A DNA stretch of 64,000 nt from Octopus vulgaris (lineage: Eukaryota): contig OX597818.1 of NCBI GenBank assembly GCA_951406725.2, positions 7,006,001-7,070,000 on the forward strand, given 5' to 3'. Position numbers and translations under genes: made by a program. The notes below the pieces were generated by a model that worked only from the letters and a program-made list of their open reading frames with translations, searched no databases and was not told where the DNA came from. Shown one piece after another: positions 12,057 to 26,420 of the stretch (positions are counted from its first letter, which is position 1; the number at the start of each line of letters is the position of its first letter).

Positions 12057-15000
12057 TTAAGAAAAATTTTCTTACCCATCGTACAAGGCTTAAACAGCAG
12101 AACCCTTTCATTCGTCATAAGTGTGTAATACACCGTGATCAATTTGCTTATATCCCATCAGCAATCAAGTGAAGAAACATATATTAATTGTGCGAAATAC
12201 TTCATCTGTATTCAGAAGAACAAATACAACAACGCAACGTTTTTGATTTTAACAAATATTTATAAACCACAATGGTATTCTGTCCCTGGTAAATCATAAC
12301 ATTTTATATGAGATATATATATAAAGCAGATAACTAATATATTTGGATTTTCAATAACCAATAAATATACTATTGAGTGTACGGGCTCAAAGAGTATATT
12401 AATAAAGGGAAAGGACAGTCTGGCCTCAGTGGCAACGTAATTCCTTGGAAAACTTAAATCGTTATGGTACTGTTATCGTTGTTGATTCGCAGTGATGATG
12501 ATGCTTTTAATTTTGTGATAATTTAGTCTTAGATCAACCATCGTACTCAAGCCTAAATTCAAACGCAAAACCATATTTTTCAGGTGATGTAGTTATAGAA
12601 GATCTCTCAAGTTTTATTATTAAACGATGTGATTGTGAGGGAGTTATGCTGTAATGTGCAGTAGAACAAACGACTGTGAATAGCTCACAACTCCATCGAA
12701 AATGTTCTACATCACTGTCACTGATAAGTCGAAATTATTTACTAGATATTGACGCTAATTTGAATTACCATACGGAACTTCTTTTATTTTATAATAGAAT
12801 ATTGATTGAATAAACATGATATTAATTTAGAAAGAAAAACAAGAAAATGAAAAGAAACAAAAAATATCATCTCCTGCATTAAATTTAATTATGAAAAATT
12901 TAGAGACTCCTCCAAAGTGCTATATTAGTTTTACTATATAACCATCTTCAAAACAAAAAGGTTTCTTCTGCGAAATTCTATAAAGCCTCCTGGTAATAAT
13001 GCAACATTACGCGACAACGCTAACGAAGTGTTTGCAACTGATTAGAGCCTTGGGGGAGTTATTCATGCCTCATATGATAAAAATTAATTAAATTTGATTA
13101 GGCTGTAAAATATTTATATTAGCGTTAGGATTGGTAATAATTCACTTTAGTTTCAATTCTTGGCGGAGGATTTATCTTCTAGATGTCTATGAAGTATGGA
13201 GGGGAGAGTGGTAAATTCCAGAATAGACTTGTGTAAAATACAATCGGTTCCTATCAGTTTACTGGTTCTAAGAACGATGTTTACATTACAATTTTATAAC
13301 TTATAAGAGACCAAGAAATTGTAAAATTTGCAGAGAGAGAAATCTTGAAGAGGTTTTCTCAACCGACTTAATGTAGCTGTCGGGACCTCCCCCGATGCCA
13401 ACTACATTTAGATGTATTGTTCAGGAAGAAATTACAAAGAGTTACGGTTCGTGACGAAAATTTTAGTGTAGAGCTTGTGAGGTGATATACAGAGAGTGAT
13501 GCGTAAAGAAGATATCTTTCAATGTTAAGACAGCAGAATCTGATTCTGAAAATTTTAGTTGCTAATTCAAGTAAGTCGAACAATGTTGTACATGATCTTT
13601 TGTTGTCTTGCAGTAGTTTTGAAAGGCACTTTTGATAGTTTTAAAAACATTTAACCTAGAAATGCAGCACCTTCAAAAAATTAAGTAAAACTAAACATCT
13701 TAATTTCAAGAAATATATATAATATTGCCAAATTCTGAGATGTAAACTTGCGACAATGGTATTTTCATACCACACGACAATACTTAATATGTCGTACATA
13801 TTCAACCAATAATTTGGTTCTGTGGAGCAAAGTTTTATTTATATTTAATTCAAATCTAATATTAATGCACACACTGCTTCTCTCTCTCACCTCCGCTCTC
13901 TCATTCTCTCGTCTCTCATCTCCGCTCTCCCTCTCTCTCGTCTCTCACCTCCGCTCTCTCTCTCTTTCTCTTTCTTGTACATCCACCACACGTGTACACA
14001 TACAGACACATGTGTACACACACTGACTCACACACGCGTGAGACAAAACTCTATACACAAACACGCATAAGAGATGAAGCGACGCAAAGATTTAAGGAAT
14101 AACAAAAATTTGATTTATATCGACCTGCCAGACTACGGAGCGTCGACGGAAAATCGATTTAGATGCTGTCTAAAGAAGCCTGGTCTCTATGTCAAAATAG
14201 CAAATCGAGGTTATAGCAAATCGAGGTTTAAGACAATGTCTGTGCTTTGGTCGTCACAACGGCACACAGGAGATCTACTATTTTAACTACAATCCATTGT
14301 GTGCAATCAGAGAACAAATCACAATGTCATTTATTAACCGTAAAGCAGAAATGCATATATCGGATCGTCAAATAAGAAGTTACACGTAAGTTTAGGCAAT
14401 TTTCCAAGCCAAAAACTTCCAGGGGAGTATCCTAGCAGGTTGATGTGCCAAAAAATACAGACACGTGTAAGACACAAAGATGCTGAAACCTTCACGTTGT
14501 GAAGGCACACTTCATCAGAAATGAGAAAATTACTCTTAGCAGCAGAGGAGTGCTTCCACTTGGAAATATTTATTTTTAAAGAAGAGTTATATCTTGTAAG
14601 TGGTTTCTCGTGTACAAATTCCAATTTATTCGATTCCTTCCCTTTCTCAACTTTTATTGATATTGCATAGTTTTATGATTTTATTATGCTACACTTAGCA
14701 CGTCAGTCTAAAAATGTACAACACTGAGACACACACACACACATATACATACATATCTGTGTGTGTGTGTGTGTGGTGAGGTCCAATACACATAAAAATG
14801 GTTTGTATGTGCATTTGATTTATAATCATAATTCAGATATGTAGGGTATGTTTGCTTGGCTCCGGCAGATCGAAACGTCAAATGGAACGTCGGTTGTACG
14901 TAATGCCATACTTAACAGGCAATTTCAACAGTGATCCTAAATGTGGCACCAGTAAGTAGCAGGTAAGATGTTTTCATCAAACTCTAAACTTCTCCGCTTC

Positions 15001-15204
15001 TAGAAAATGAGGGCATTGCATAATAGATTTATAGATAACATATACTTGAAAATTACTTGAGCTAGTCACATGTGGTATACCTAAAGAAAAAGGAAATATC
15101 ACTGATATGAATGGAAATAGCAATAACAAAATATGAAATGAATAAGAATGAAAATTCAATTAATGAGAAACATAGCTGGCCTGTTATACCAGGTGACAAA
15201 GATA

Positions 15205-15393
15205 GTAACAACCCTTTGTATTATAAGCACAAGGCTTGGTAATTTCGGTTTACATCGACCCCAGTTCTCAACTGGCACATATTTTGTCGACTCCGAAGGA
15301 ATGAAGGCCAAAGTCGATGGCAGGGGAATTGCATCTCTGAACATAGTGACGGAGGGAATAACGGTAAGCATTTTTGCCCGGCATGCTAACGAT
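15205..15393 (-). mobile_element. Meta-domain tRNA-SINE
   Basis: Reverse complement contains gactttggccttcattccttcggagtcgacaaaatatgtgccagtt. Confidence 0.8.
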
Positions 15394-15397
15394 TGAT

Positions 15398-15575
15398 TTC
15401 GGATTTTGGCACAAGGAAGTGGGGGATATATCGATTACGTTGTCACCTGTGCTCAACTGCTGTTTATTTTATCGACCTGAAAAGGATGAAAGCAAATTCG
15501 TCCTTCGCAGAATTTGAACTTAGAACATAATGACAGACGAAGTGCCGCTAACGATTCTGCCAGCATGCCGCCTTG
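15398..15575 (-). mobile_element. Meta-domain tRNA-SINE (tandem with the previous copy)
   Basis: Head ggcggcatgctggcagaatcgttagc, gttcaaattc, core tttgctttcatccttttcaggtcgataaaat. Confidence 0.8.
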
Positions 15576-15627
15576 ACAATAACTAAAAAAAAAGAACAGA
15601 ATTAAAGTCATTACTATCAATATTATA

Positions 15628-15798
15628 GGAGGTCTAATCAATAAGTATCCGGACTACACACGCTACACACCTTCCTTCCAAGCACTACTGTAAACAGCGG
15701 AATTAAGCTAGAACGTTGAAACCTAGTGCACATGGCCAGCAGAGTTCTGTGTGCTTCAGTTTATGACAACAGTCCGGATACTTATTGATCAAACCATG
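15628..15798. mobile_element. Tc1/mariner-type MITE, 171 bp, 28-bp TIRs, TA flanks
   Basis: Inner 19 bp of the TIRs match perfectly (atcaataagtatccggact / agtccggatacttattgat); TA at 15626-27 and 15799-800. Confidence 0.85.
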
Positions 15799-16081
15799 TA
15801 CTTTTAACCCTCATTGGAACCAACCAGCAATTAATTATGATTTCATTCAATATATTCCCGTCTCAGATTCACTCACTTATTGCAGCGGTCCTTCAGTTTT
15901 ATTAATACCTGTAAAAGAACTTGGAAGGCTGGGCCGCCAGTCAGGCTTTTCACAATACCCTTAAAGCCAGGAACTTTTCAGTACCGCCTAAGAAATTAAG
16001 GATATGAACACTAATAAAAATAGTCAGACTTGTAGCTTAGTGAAGGTGGTGGTGGTGGTGGTGGTGGTGGTGGTGCTGCTG

Positions 16082-16113
<32 letters not shown>

Positions 16114-17287
16114 GTTACTGTTGCTGTTGTTGCTACTGCTGCTGCTGCTATTGTAATGAGTACAACAACAAGAATGTTTCTTTTTTCCAAAGGACATCTA
16201 CGGAATACAAATCTTGTGAAACAAAAGAGGAAAGGAAATAAAACCTATGGTAAAGTACTTATACACTTTCATATACATACATGCGTACAAATATACATAC
16301 ATATTTATATGTGTATATGTTCCTCCTGCTCCATTTGTGCATAGCCTCGAAAGCATCTATGGTGGTTGTATACATACACATACATACATATACATACATA
16401 CTCACACACACATACACACACACACACACATACACAAACATAAAAAACACAAAATTTGTACAAGGATGGTGTAGGAAACTAAGAAACGTTAAAAAAATCT
16501 ATCTAAAAGAAACAAATACGAATGAATGAATCAGATAGAAGCCATGCATCACATTCTCAATATCTGCTTGGATCAACTTTAGCAGTCTTTTCCAAAGTCG
16601 ACTTTGAAATTATTTAGCATTCTTTAGAAGAAATGAAGATCTTCACTTGTCTCCAATCATGCACCAGTCCAGGTCGCTTTCCAACTTATTTCCCATCTAA
16701 CAATACTAGATAGTGGCGCTGCTAGATATGTCTGGGAAAGCGTTAGAGAAACCGAGTATGCGTGGAACACTTTAATGACTCCAGAGCAAGCAGTGTGCTA
16801 AGAACAACAACCTCCGCGGAAGTTTTATTGTTCTTAATATATTCTAATTCTTAACTTTAGCTATTTCCTGGTTGGAGAGTCTTTAAAGGCCTCATGTATA
16901 TAACCTCTGCTTTACAAGATGAACGACCAGTCCTAAAGCAATTTTCATGCACCCAGTTGTGGACACAATTCGACGAAAAGTCACAGTACCGGTCGTACCA
17001 ACATCTGATTAGAATGTTGCAAGAAAAAATCATCGCAAAACGTATTCTTCAAGCCGAGCCAATTGTAGGAAATCTCTGGGAAGATCAAGACCGAAATCGT
17101 TCGATAATATCCATGGTCTTAGCTGGTCGCACTTTTGAATCTAACTGGAAAATATGATGGCAGTTGCTTCTGATGGGCCCCTATAATGGATAATTCTAAG
17201 GATTCTACTCCCAAAATAGGAACAGTGGACGGAGAAAATGGTTATGTATGTAGGCATATATGCATGTATTTATGTATATATATATGG

Positions 17288-17625
17288 TATGTATTTCAGA
17301 ATGGTTATTTTGCCAGTTTACCCAATAAAAACACACGCACTATTACATATGTTGAAGAATTGAGTGTCAAAGGGGTGGGTATACATGTTAATAGCCTTTC
17401 TAGGGTTATCTTCTTCATTATCGTTACTACTATTTCTGTCGTTACTGTTCCCATCATCAACCCTACTATTATTATCACCACTATTGCCACCATTACCGCT
17501 ATCATTAACATCACTACTACTATTATTACTATTACCACCACAACTATCACTACTACCATTCCGAAATACAACAATGTCTGTTTCAACACACGACTTCACA
17601 TAAACAATCTTGCACAACAAATATA
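17288..17625. repeat. Two oppositely oriented fragments of the terminal segment of the Naiad-like element
   Basis: 17290-17343 matches 34840-34892 (+); 17557-17625 is the reverse complement of 34785-34853. Confidence 0.85.
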
Positions 17626-18926
17626 TATGGTATGTATATTTACATTTTGAAGATATAGAAAGGTCCTTACTGAACGCATCATTACCCAATGTCTGTTGAA
17701 CTGATGCCAAAATTGAGCTTGGAAGGTGACCGCAAGCCAGCGTTCAATGTCGTCTCGGGATGCTTTTAAAAAACTATCAAGTTTTCTTTTGTCAAATGTT
17801 ATACTATAGAACAATGTACAATAGGGTGACACACTTTTCTCTTTGTTATCAGTTTTAGAAACAACATGTCAATGCTCTTCCGAACTTAATAGAGGAAAAC
17901 TCGTCTGTATCTAATTCTTTTTGAATAACACAAAGAGGGTTTCTGCAGTTTCGGTAGTGCATGGTAGGTTCATACATACAACAGTAAAAATTCATTAAAC
18001 TATTCTAGTATCGTGAGTGTTGAAGATATTGGATATATGCAGCAAGCCACTGAAAGTGTTCATTGGTGTATATTTTTTTAAAGAAAGACTTTTGATAACA
18101 TGATATCACAGGTTAGCGATGAACATTGATGTACATCACTAGCTTCATCATCAATTACCATATAACATTTTGGTGGATTACTTTACTTCTGTTCATACGA
18201 TTTTGACTAAAACATTAATCATGGAGATTATTTCTGTTATGTTACATAATATGAGCTTCATTTCTTTTTTTAGATGTAAATAAATTTATCTTGATTCCCA
18301 ATGTGAGAGATGACACGGGGAACGAAAGGTATATATGGTTCTAGCCAATCAAGAGCTATAAGCCGATTGGATAACTGATAATAAATGGCTTTATCTTCAT
18401 ACTGGCTTCTATGTAAATTTAGACGAATTGGACTTAGCTTTTTGTTGGAACCCAACTCTTGCGAAACATCTATTAATCTTAAATTTTCATTGAAACAGTT
18501 TCCAACATCCTTACAAATATGTTCTTGCTACCACTGTGAAAAATCAATATTTATTTGAATAACATTTCTCAATAAAATTCGTAATCCTTGGAGTTAGGCA
18601 GTTTAGATTCCCACTGGTATTTGACCGGTGAAATATCTGTTTCAGCTAATTCATTCAATTTCCCTCTAATTCCTGCAATTTAACTTTCTTCTTGATAATG
18701 CTGACAGAGTTGCTGTTATGGTTGTTATGTAACGGAGACCGTAATTGGGGTTGATGTTGATATCATTGAAGTTATCGTTGGTGTTGTTCCTATTGTTCTT
18801 GTGTCATTTGCATGCTGAGAGGTAACAGTATTCTCACAAAGGAATGTTGATATTCTTTCAATGTCACTGTTGTGGTTCATTCGTTTATCTCTTCTTACCA
18901 TCTTCATGGACAGCTACAAATTTTTT

Positions 18927-18969
<43 letters not shown>

Positions 18970-18984
18970 TACATACAGGAGTGG

Positions 18985-19300
18985 CCAAGTGTCTTCTACG
19001 ATAGCCTCGGGAAGACTAAAGCCTTGTGAGTGGATTTGGTAGACGGAAGCTGAAAGAAACCCGTAATATATATATATATGTGTGTTTGTGTGTGTATGTT
19101 TTAGTCCCCCCCCATCACCGCTTGACAACCGATGATGGTGTGTTTACATACCCGTAACCTAGCAGTTCGACAAAAGAGACTGATAGAATAAGTACTGAGC
19201 TTACAAAGAATAAGTCCTGGGGTCGATCTGTTCGACTAAAAGGGCGGCGCCCCACCATGGCCGCAGTCAAATAACTGAAACAAATAAAAGAATAAAAGAA
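18985..19300 (+). mobile_element. SINE family 2
   Basis: caagtgtcttctac..gccttgtgagtggatttggtagacggaa..cttgacaaccgatg..gaataagtcctggggtcgat..aaaagaataaaagaa. Confidence 0.85.
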
Positions 19301-19312
19301 TTAGTGAAATAG

Positions 19313-19439
<127 letters not shown>

Positions 19440-20840
19440 GTATATATATATACTAGCCGAGACATAGTGCTAGTGCATATATATATATATGTGTACATAT
19501 TGCATGTACATCTATATATATACATCTACACATAAAATACAAAATACAAAGTTATATCTTGATATCGCTAGTGATAACAATACTCAAAATATATAACAGA
19601 CTGGAATTGTAGGCCCGTCTCTTGCAATTTCGATCAATTGTATCTTGTCCTCCCTCTTGTATAGAAGTGTGGCCACAATCTAGCCTACCTCTACTTCTGG
19701 GGGGACATTTTAAATTTTTATCCGGGACGTCCTATGTCCCAGATATAAAGGTAAAAATAAAATATTTCCACTTTGCAAGGTTCGAGTCGAGTACTCCCTT
19801 GCACGCTCCGTTGACACGAACCTTGCTTCTATTGTGGCGAATTTACCGCCTCTGGTTAGATACTTGATATCTTTCATAGTCGCGCCAAGACACTTTTCAA
19901 TGGTGCTTTCCTCCAGATGTTCAAATCATTTTTTTCTCTACATTGTATACTTTATAGACAATAGATTTTTTCTTTATTTTTATTTTTTATTTCGTTTGGT
20001 GGTGTTATCCTAGATTCACCGTCTTTGTTGGTGATCAATCCGAAATAGGTTTGTATTTCTTCCATTTTAATTTTAATGAGTTCGCCGCCCGCCGACGGCT
20101 GCTGCGAAATTCATTTTTGGACTTTCTTCTATCGAAGACATTTTAACAAAAATGCTTCCGTGTAAACGGTGAAAATATTGTCAATTTCCTTAAACAGGGA
20201 CACAATTTATTTTTAAACAATAACCAAAGCTCCTTCTCCCAAAGGGGGAGGGTTACGGTTTACAATTATTTAACAAATTCTACACAACAACGCTTCCCTT
20301 ACGAGGAACCAACAAACGTGATAACAATAGTTAAACAGTAATAATAATAACAACAAACCTTACGGTGAATCAAAAAGCAGTACTCTGTTGAAGCTATAGG
20401 CCTTTATGGATCAGAAATAAACCAACAGCAGTACTCAGTAGAAGCACCTGTTCGAGAAAACAGACATTACATACAGCAAAACTTCATACAGATACTTAAT
20501 GCTAGCTAATTAGCAATTAATCTAATGTAAAAGCCGTGCACAGCTCCATCTGGACTATTCCATTTCTGCACTTAAATTTTGTTTTTTATTTATTCCCATT
20601 CATGTGAAACCACTTATTGAACTTCAAGTGATTGATGCAATTTTATGCCAATTGCTATTATACTATTAATTGTTATGTTACGATTTATTTATTATATCAT
20701 ACTTTAGTTTGATTTTAATTATTATTTACTACATATAATTCAATTGTTATTATTATCTCTAATTTGTATTGTTAAAGTGAAAGTATCTGACATAAAATAG
20801 AGAGATGCTTTTGTTTCACTTTTAACACGTAATACTGAAA

Positions 20841-21173
20841 TAGTGGAGAAGATATGATATTGCTATGGGCGCGCCCTGGGCAAGAAGTTGAACTTTTTTG
20901 CCCATGAAACTACATGGACCCTACGTAAGGCATGTGTAAAATTTGAATGAAATTGGTTGTGTATTTCTCAAGTTTTAGGGAATCATAGTGGAGAAGATAT
21001 GATATTGCTGTGAGCTCGCCCTAGGCAAACAGTTGAAAGTTTTTTTGCCGATGACACTCCCCGGACCCTAAGTAAGGCATGTGTAGAATTTGAATGAAAT
21101 TAGTTGTGTAGTTCTCAAGTTTTAGGGAAACACACAGAGAGACAGACAGACAGACACACACACACATTCTCAG

Positions 21174-21205
<32 letters not shown>
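20841..21205 (-). mobile_element. Helitron/HINE-like non-autonomous end with two ~147-bp tandem core repeats and a microsatellite
   Basis: tagtggagaagatatgatattgct...aaggcatgtgta.aatttgaatgaaatt...ctcaagttttaggg occurs twice (about 20841 and 20987), followed by (GACA)n(CA)n and cagttatata. Confidence 0.55.
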
Positions 21206-21383
<178 letters not shown>

Positions 21384-21556
21384 GTTATATTAGAAGACAC
21401 TTGCAGAGCAATGTAAGTAAGTGTGTATGTTTAGGTCTGTGATTTTGTTACGTATTAACGGGATGTGTTAGCAGTCTACATAAGTGACGTCGTGTGTACC
21501 GTTGGTGATTTTTCTTTTCCTCTGTCTTCCCTTCTCTGGATCTTTCCTTCTCCTAT

Positions 21557-21591
21557 GTTTCCGACGAAGAACTCCGCTCGAAACGTTAAAC
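21557..21591 (+). ncRNA. Degenerate minimal type I hammerhead (PLE pseudo-LTR type), probably inactive
   Basis: gttt-CCGACGA-a-gaac.tcc.gctc-GAAA-cg-UU-aaac; core carries U4C and stem II has one mismatch. Confidence 0.5.
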
Positions 21592-21849
21592 CCTCCTTCT
21601 TTCCTTCTTTGCTGAGCGTCCAATAATACTATATTTGTTCCACGTCCTCGCGTTGTTGTGTTTTTTTGTGCTTTCTTGTTTGGATTAACTATATAAATAT
21701 ATATATATATACATACATATATATATATATATATGTTGTGCGTGTTTGGGTGTTTTTGTGTATATGACATGCGCACACACAAATATGTGCGCGCGCACAC
21801 AGATACACACACATACACCAGCATATTGTCTTTTATTTTATGCTTGTTC

Positions 21850-22222
21850 TAATCATCAGACCGTGGTCATGCTGGAGTACCGCCAGAAGAATTTAGTCAG
21901 ACAAATCGATTCCAGTACTTATTTTTAAGCCAAGCACTTTTTGTATCTGTATGTTTTGTCGAGGAGCTAAATTACGGGGACGTACCCACTAAGACGGGTT
22001 GTCAAGTGGTTGATTTGGTAGACAATGACACACACGCAAGTATATGACAGGCTTCTCTCAGTTTTCTACCAAATCTGCACACAATCTTTAGCCGACTCTT
22101 TAGCACACAATCTTTAGTAGAAACATGTAACTAAGGTGACATGTTCCCAAGGTGTCCAACATGGTTCCGTGACTGAACCCGAAACCATGTTGTTGGGAAG
22201 TAAACTTCTTATCACACAGTCA
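21850..22222 (-). mobile_element. SINE family 2, decayed
   Basis: Reverse complement of the tail (ggtcatgctggagtaccgcc, agtacttatt) and head (gaacccgaaaccatgttgttgggaag). Confidence 0.75.
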
Positions 22223-23909
22223 GTCTTGAGCAGATATATGTGTTTTAATGTGTCTGTGTGTTTTTGTGTATATGTGGATATATGTAGGTATGAAAACTTA
22301 TGCATATACATGTGTGTGTGTGTTTAAATATATATGTGTGAAGAACAGTATAAAGTCCCTCAACAAAAATTGAAAGGTATAAGAAAACTAAAACTGAAGA
22401 TAAGTTATGTGTAGCTTGATACACAAAATCCGAGCGAAAAAATACTACTTTCTATCGATAACGGCACTAGTAAATACCATCCGCATGTTATTTAACAAAA
22501 AACACAATACAGACATTCAGGAATAGACACAGCTATCACGACTGAAAATAAAGATAGAAATTTCATAAGCTACTGATTTCGATTTCGGACAGATGTGATT
22601 TTAGCTTCAAATATATCAGCTTTAGAAATACAATATTAGAAAAACAAAACAGATGGGAGCATCATGTGACGCATCAGGTTTCATATCTGAATCTATGCCA
22701 GAGATATGAGAAAGAAATAAAGTAACTATCATATTTGATGGCATAAAAGACACATCGTCATATTCGACGTACAACCATTTTCGGCAGTGCATATTCAGAC
22801 AATAATTTTAGTGCATTAAAGCACGTAATATCAGTACAGCATCGCATATAGGGCACAGGGCAAGTGCTTTATAATCTGTTTTGGAAAAAAGTGCTTCTCA
22901 TTTGCCATTAAGCTTGACGACATACTTTGTGTGATCCCAAATATGATAACCTTCTTTGTGTGATCCTAAAGCAATTATATGTAGCTCATTCGATACGTGA
23001 ATGAGAGCTACAATATCAGATGGGGAAAAGCATGTGGCATTGTATGTGAAATTTATAAATCTGAGGACGAGGGAAAAAGCAAGTCACTCACATGTACATA
23101 GTCGTACCCCAGAATTTTTGGTTCCGTAAAAGTCATCGCTGACGACGTTGATTTCTGGCTCATCACTGTCATTCTAGCAAAATGTTAGCAGGTCTTTAGT
23201 TGGACACAAACTTGCGACGTTAATGTGTTCAGGTAGAGTCTCTTAGTTCTTGAATGAATTCAAGTTTTCGTATTTATTACATGTCCCGAGTGTACTTATT
23301 CATAAAACTAAGAGACCAAAAATGGACGACAAAACGAATCAATGACTCCAAAATCTAGTTGTGAGTCATTTGGAAGATAAAAGCCTAAGAAAACTAATTT
23401 TTAGGGGTTCTCGAAAGAACCCTTAAATATTTCCAATACAGAATGTCAACACACCCAGTTATTAAGGTTCTAAGTACTGGACTTTATACTTTGATTTTTT
23501 ACATTGTCAAACCAAAGGTTTAAATTCAATAAGCCCGAAACAACAAGACTGCTAACACATCCCGTTAATACGTAACAAAAGCACAGGCCTAAACATACAC
23601 ACTTACTTACATTGCTCTACATACAAAAATAAATTCTAAGCAATAACAGACCCAAACTTAATCAATTTCTCCAAAGCAACGGAACCTACATAATAACCAC
23701 TGAAATCCACACACTCATGATATACAGCCAAGATTAACACTAACAGATGGGAAGACTGACTCTAGAGCAACTGACCAATACTTCAAAGTTACAGTCAACA
23801 ATATTCTTGCTGTAGAATAAATAAATTCTCTACAATATATATATATAAGGTCCCGGCTTCACCCCTTCAGCATAGCACCTTCTGCAAGTATCTTCTAATA
23901 TAACCTATG

Positions 23910-23988
<79 letters not shown>

Positions 23989-24310
23989 ATATATATATAT
24001 ATATATATAAATGCATGTATACATATGTATATATATATTGCTATATATGTGCGTGTGTGTAAGTACACACACATACATGTAGACGTGGCGTGGCTGTGTG
24101 ATATGACACTTGCTTCCCAAACACGTGACACGAAGTTCATTCCTACACACTAGTTTCACCTTACGCAAATGTCTTCTGTTGTAGCGTATGTGTATGCAAT
24201 CGAAAACAGCTATTTAAAAAAAAAATAAATACTATTATTATTACTATTAATATTAATATTATTATCCTCATCATCTTCATCATTAATATTATTATTATTA
24301 GTTGTAGTAA

Positions 24311-24525
24311 GGTAGTGAGCCGGCAGAGTCGTTAGTACTCTGGACAAAATGCTTGGCGGTATTTCGCCCATCACTACGTTCTGAGTCGAAATTCCGCCGA
24401 GGTCGACTTTGACTCTCATCCTTTCAGAGTCAATAACATAAGTTCTTGTTGAACACTGACGTCGATGTAATCGACTCATCCCCTCCTTAAAAGTGTCTGC
24501 CCTTGTGGCAAAATTTGAAACGATT
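24311..24525 (+). mobile_element. Meta-domain tRNA-SINE ending in an (ATT)n tail
   Basis: gagccggcagagtcgttagtac..gtcgaaattccgccgaggtcgactttgactctcatcctttc..tttgaaacgattatt. Confidence 0.85.
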
Positions 24526-24543
24526 ATTATTATTATTATTATA

Positions 24544-24656
<113 letters not shown>

Positions 24657-26262
24657 GATTGTATATTTGATTTTTCCTTTGTATTTGTACAAGCTGACTC
24701 CAAGTCTCACCCAGAGACATCAAGAGACAACATGTTAGAAGTTCATGTTGGTGTTATATTTAGGGTGTCATATATTTCGTTTTGCACAAAGTATTGCTCT
24801 AAAGAATGTTTAAGAAGACATAAGAAAACTAGACAAGCACTCGGAGAGCGCAGACCTACGCCAAAGCAGCTCATTTCCATCCATATACACGCTTACAGAA
24901 AATCGCCCAATTTCCCAAACCAACGTCGGCAAAAATATAACCTCTTTGGTAAAGGTAAAAAAAAATAACACAGCCGTATGATTTTTTAAAAAAACCTTTA
25001 AAAACCGTAATCATCTGAAGCAGTTAAAATACATTAATGACAGCAGCAAACTAGTTTCACCATACAACTAAAAAGAAACAACAATTACTTAAAACAACAA
25101 CGCCACCATATGTTATGTGGAAACGATGAACGTGTTTTCAAGGGAGATAATCAAAGAACGTAACATTGTAATACTTCTTGTAAAGTAAATATAACAAATG
25201 AAAAATCCTTCAAAAATCGGTAAAAATTCCCAGATCACTACCAAAATTTCATCATCTGTTCCTTTTGTCATTACAAACTTATCCTGCAAGTTTCTTTAAA
25301 TACCGTTCACAACTTTTGGAGTTATTTTGCACACAATGGACAGACAGACAAACCAACGCCGATGAAAACATATCCTCCTTCCCTGGCGGAGATTAGGGTT
25401 AGGGTGTTTTAAAATTTGAGATTACATAGATTACATATTTTACGTAGGATATATGTAGTTTCCATGAGCACTATCTTTTCAATTTCTGCTATTTTGGGGT
25501 TTCCTGGTATATGAGCTAATTATGAATCAACCTTTTTTGCTATCATTCTTATGATAACAGGTATTGTTTTAATCTTGAGGTTCCACATTTTGCAAATTTC
25601 TATTTCAAGATCTTTAAACTCGCTCAGTTTTTGGTAGATCTTGACAGATACATTTACGTCGATTGGGACAGTCATATCAATGAGGAGGCATGATTTCTGT
25701 CTAAAGTCTTTCAATATAGTATCTGGCCTATTTGCATCTATCTTACAGTCATTGGGCAAGTCCAGGTATTTTGCAAATTACCCAGTAAATATATTGTGCA
25801 GCTCTATCATGCCTGTTGACATACACTGTAGGCGCAAGAAGACTGCACATGGAGACAACATGATCAATGGTTTCCTTTTATTCTTTACACACACGACATG
25901 TTGGTATACTGCTGTTCTTTAATATGTTGTCCTGGTAGTTTCTTGTAGGTAGGCATTGATCTTGGGCTGCTATGATAAACTATTCTGTTTCTGATTTTAA
26001 GCCAGAAGGCACTAACTATTGAAGGGTAAAAGTTTTGTCAACATCGGCACTATTAACTCTCTTTGGGTATTTGCCATTGAGAAGTTTTCTTTGTCATTTA
26101 TCAATAAGAATATCTAAGGAAGCAATTTTAGCACGGGTTCTCATATGATTAGATTTTTTCTGTGCTTGTTTCTAGTACTTCTAATTCTGAAATTTGTTGT
26201 ATTAGAAATTCACTTAGATATTCCTTTGCCTGTTTTGTTACTGAGTATGATGCTTTCTTGTT
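24657..26262 (-). mobile_element. Dong/R4-like RLE retrotransposon, family D, decayed 3' part, interrupted by the 24827-25392 insertion
   Basis: ORF 25520-25759: ANRPDTILKD..CLLIDMTVP....K...KDLEIEI..MWNLK (PD-D endonuclease); flanked by (TTA)n; homologous to 58938-59232. Confidence 0.8.
24827..25392 (-). mobile_element. Helentron-associated non-autonomous element (HINE-like)
   Basis: One end aactagacaagcactcggagagcgcagacctacgccaa, other end cctggcggaga (subterminal inverted repeat), internal (GACA)n; same ends as 28485-29363. Confidence 0.6.
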
Positions 26263-26284
26263 TATTATTATTATTATTATTTTA

Positions 26285-26397
<113 letters not shown>

Positions 26398-26420
26398 CAT
26401 CATTATTATTATTATTATTA

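Noticed and set aside
13300-14601. Exon-like stretches ending in GTAAGT (about 13571 and 14596)
   Set aside because: The frames contain stops and no recognisable protein; a gene or pseudogene cannot be supported without homology or RNA data.
17680-18700. Possible decayed DNA-transposase coding sequence on the minus strand
   Set aside because: Only faint motif similarity (SPVKYQ; FQAQFWHQ); not assignable by eye.
25393-25405. (TTAGGG)2 telomere-like repeat
   Set aside because: Only two units at a TE junction; too short to interpret.
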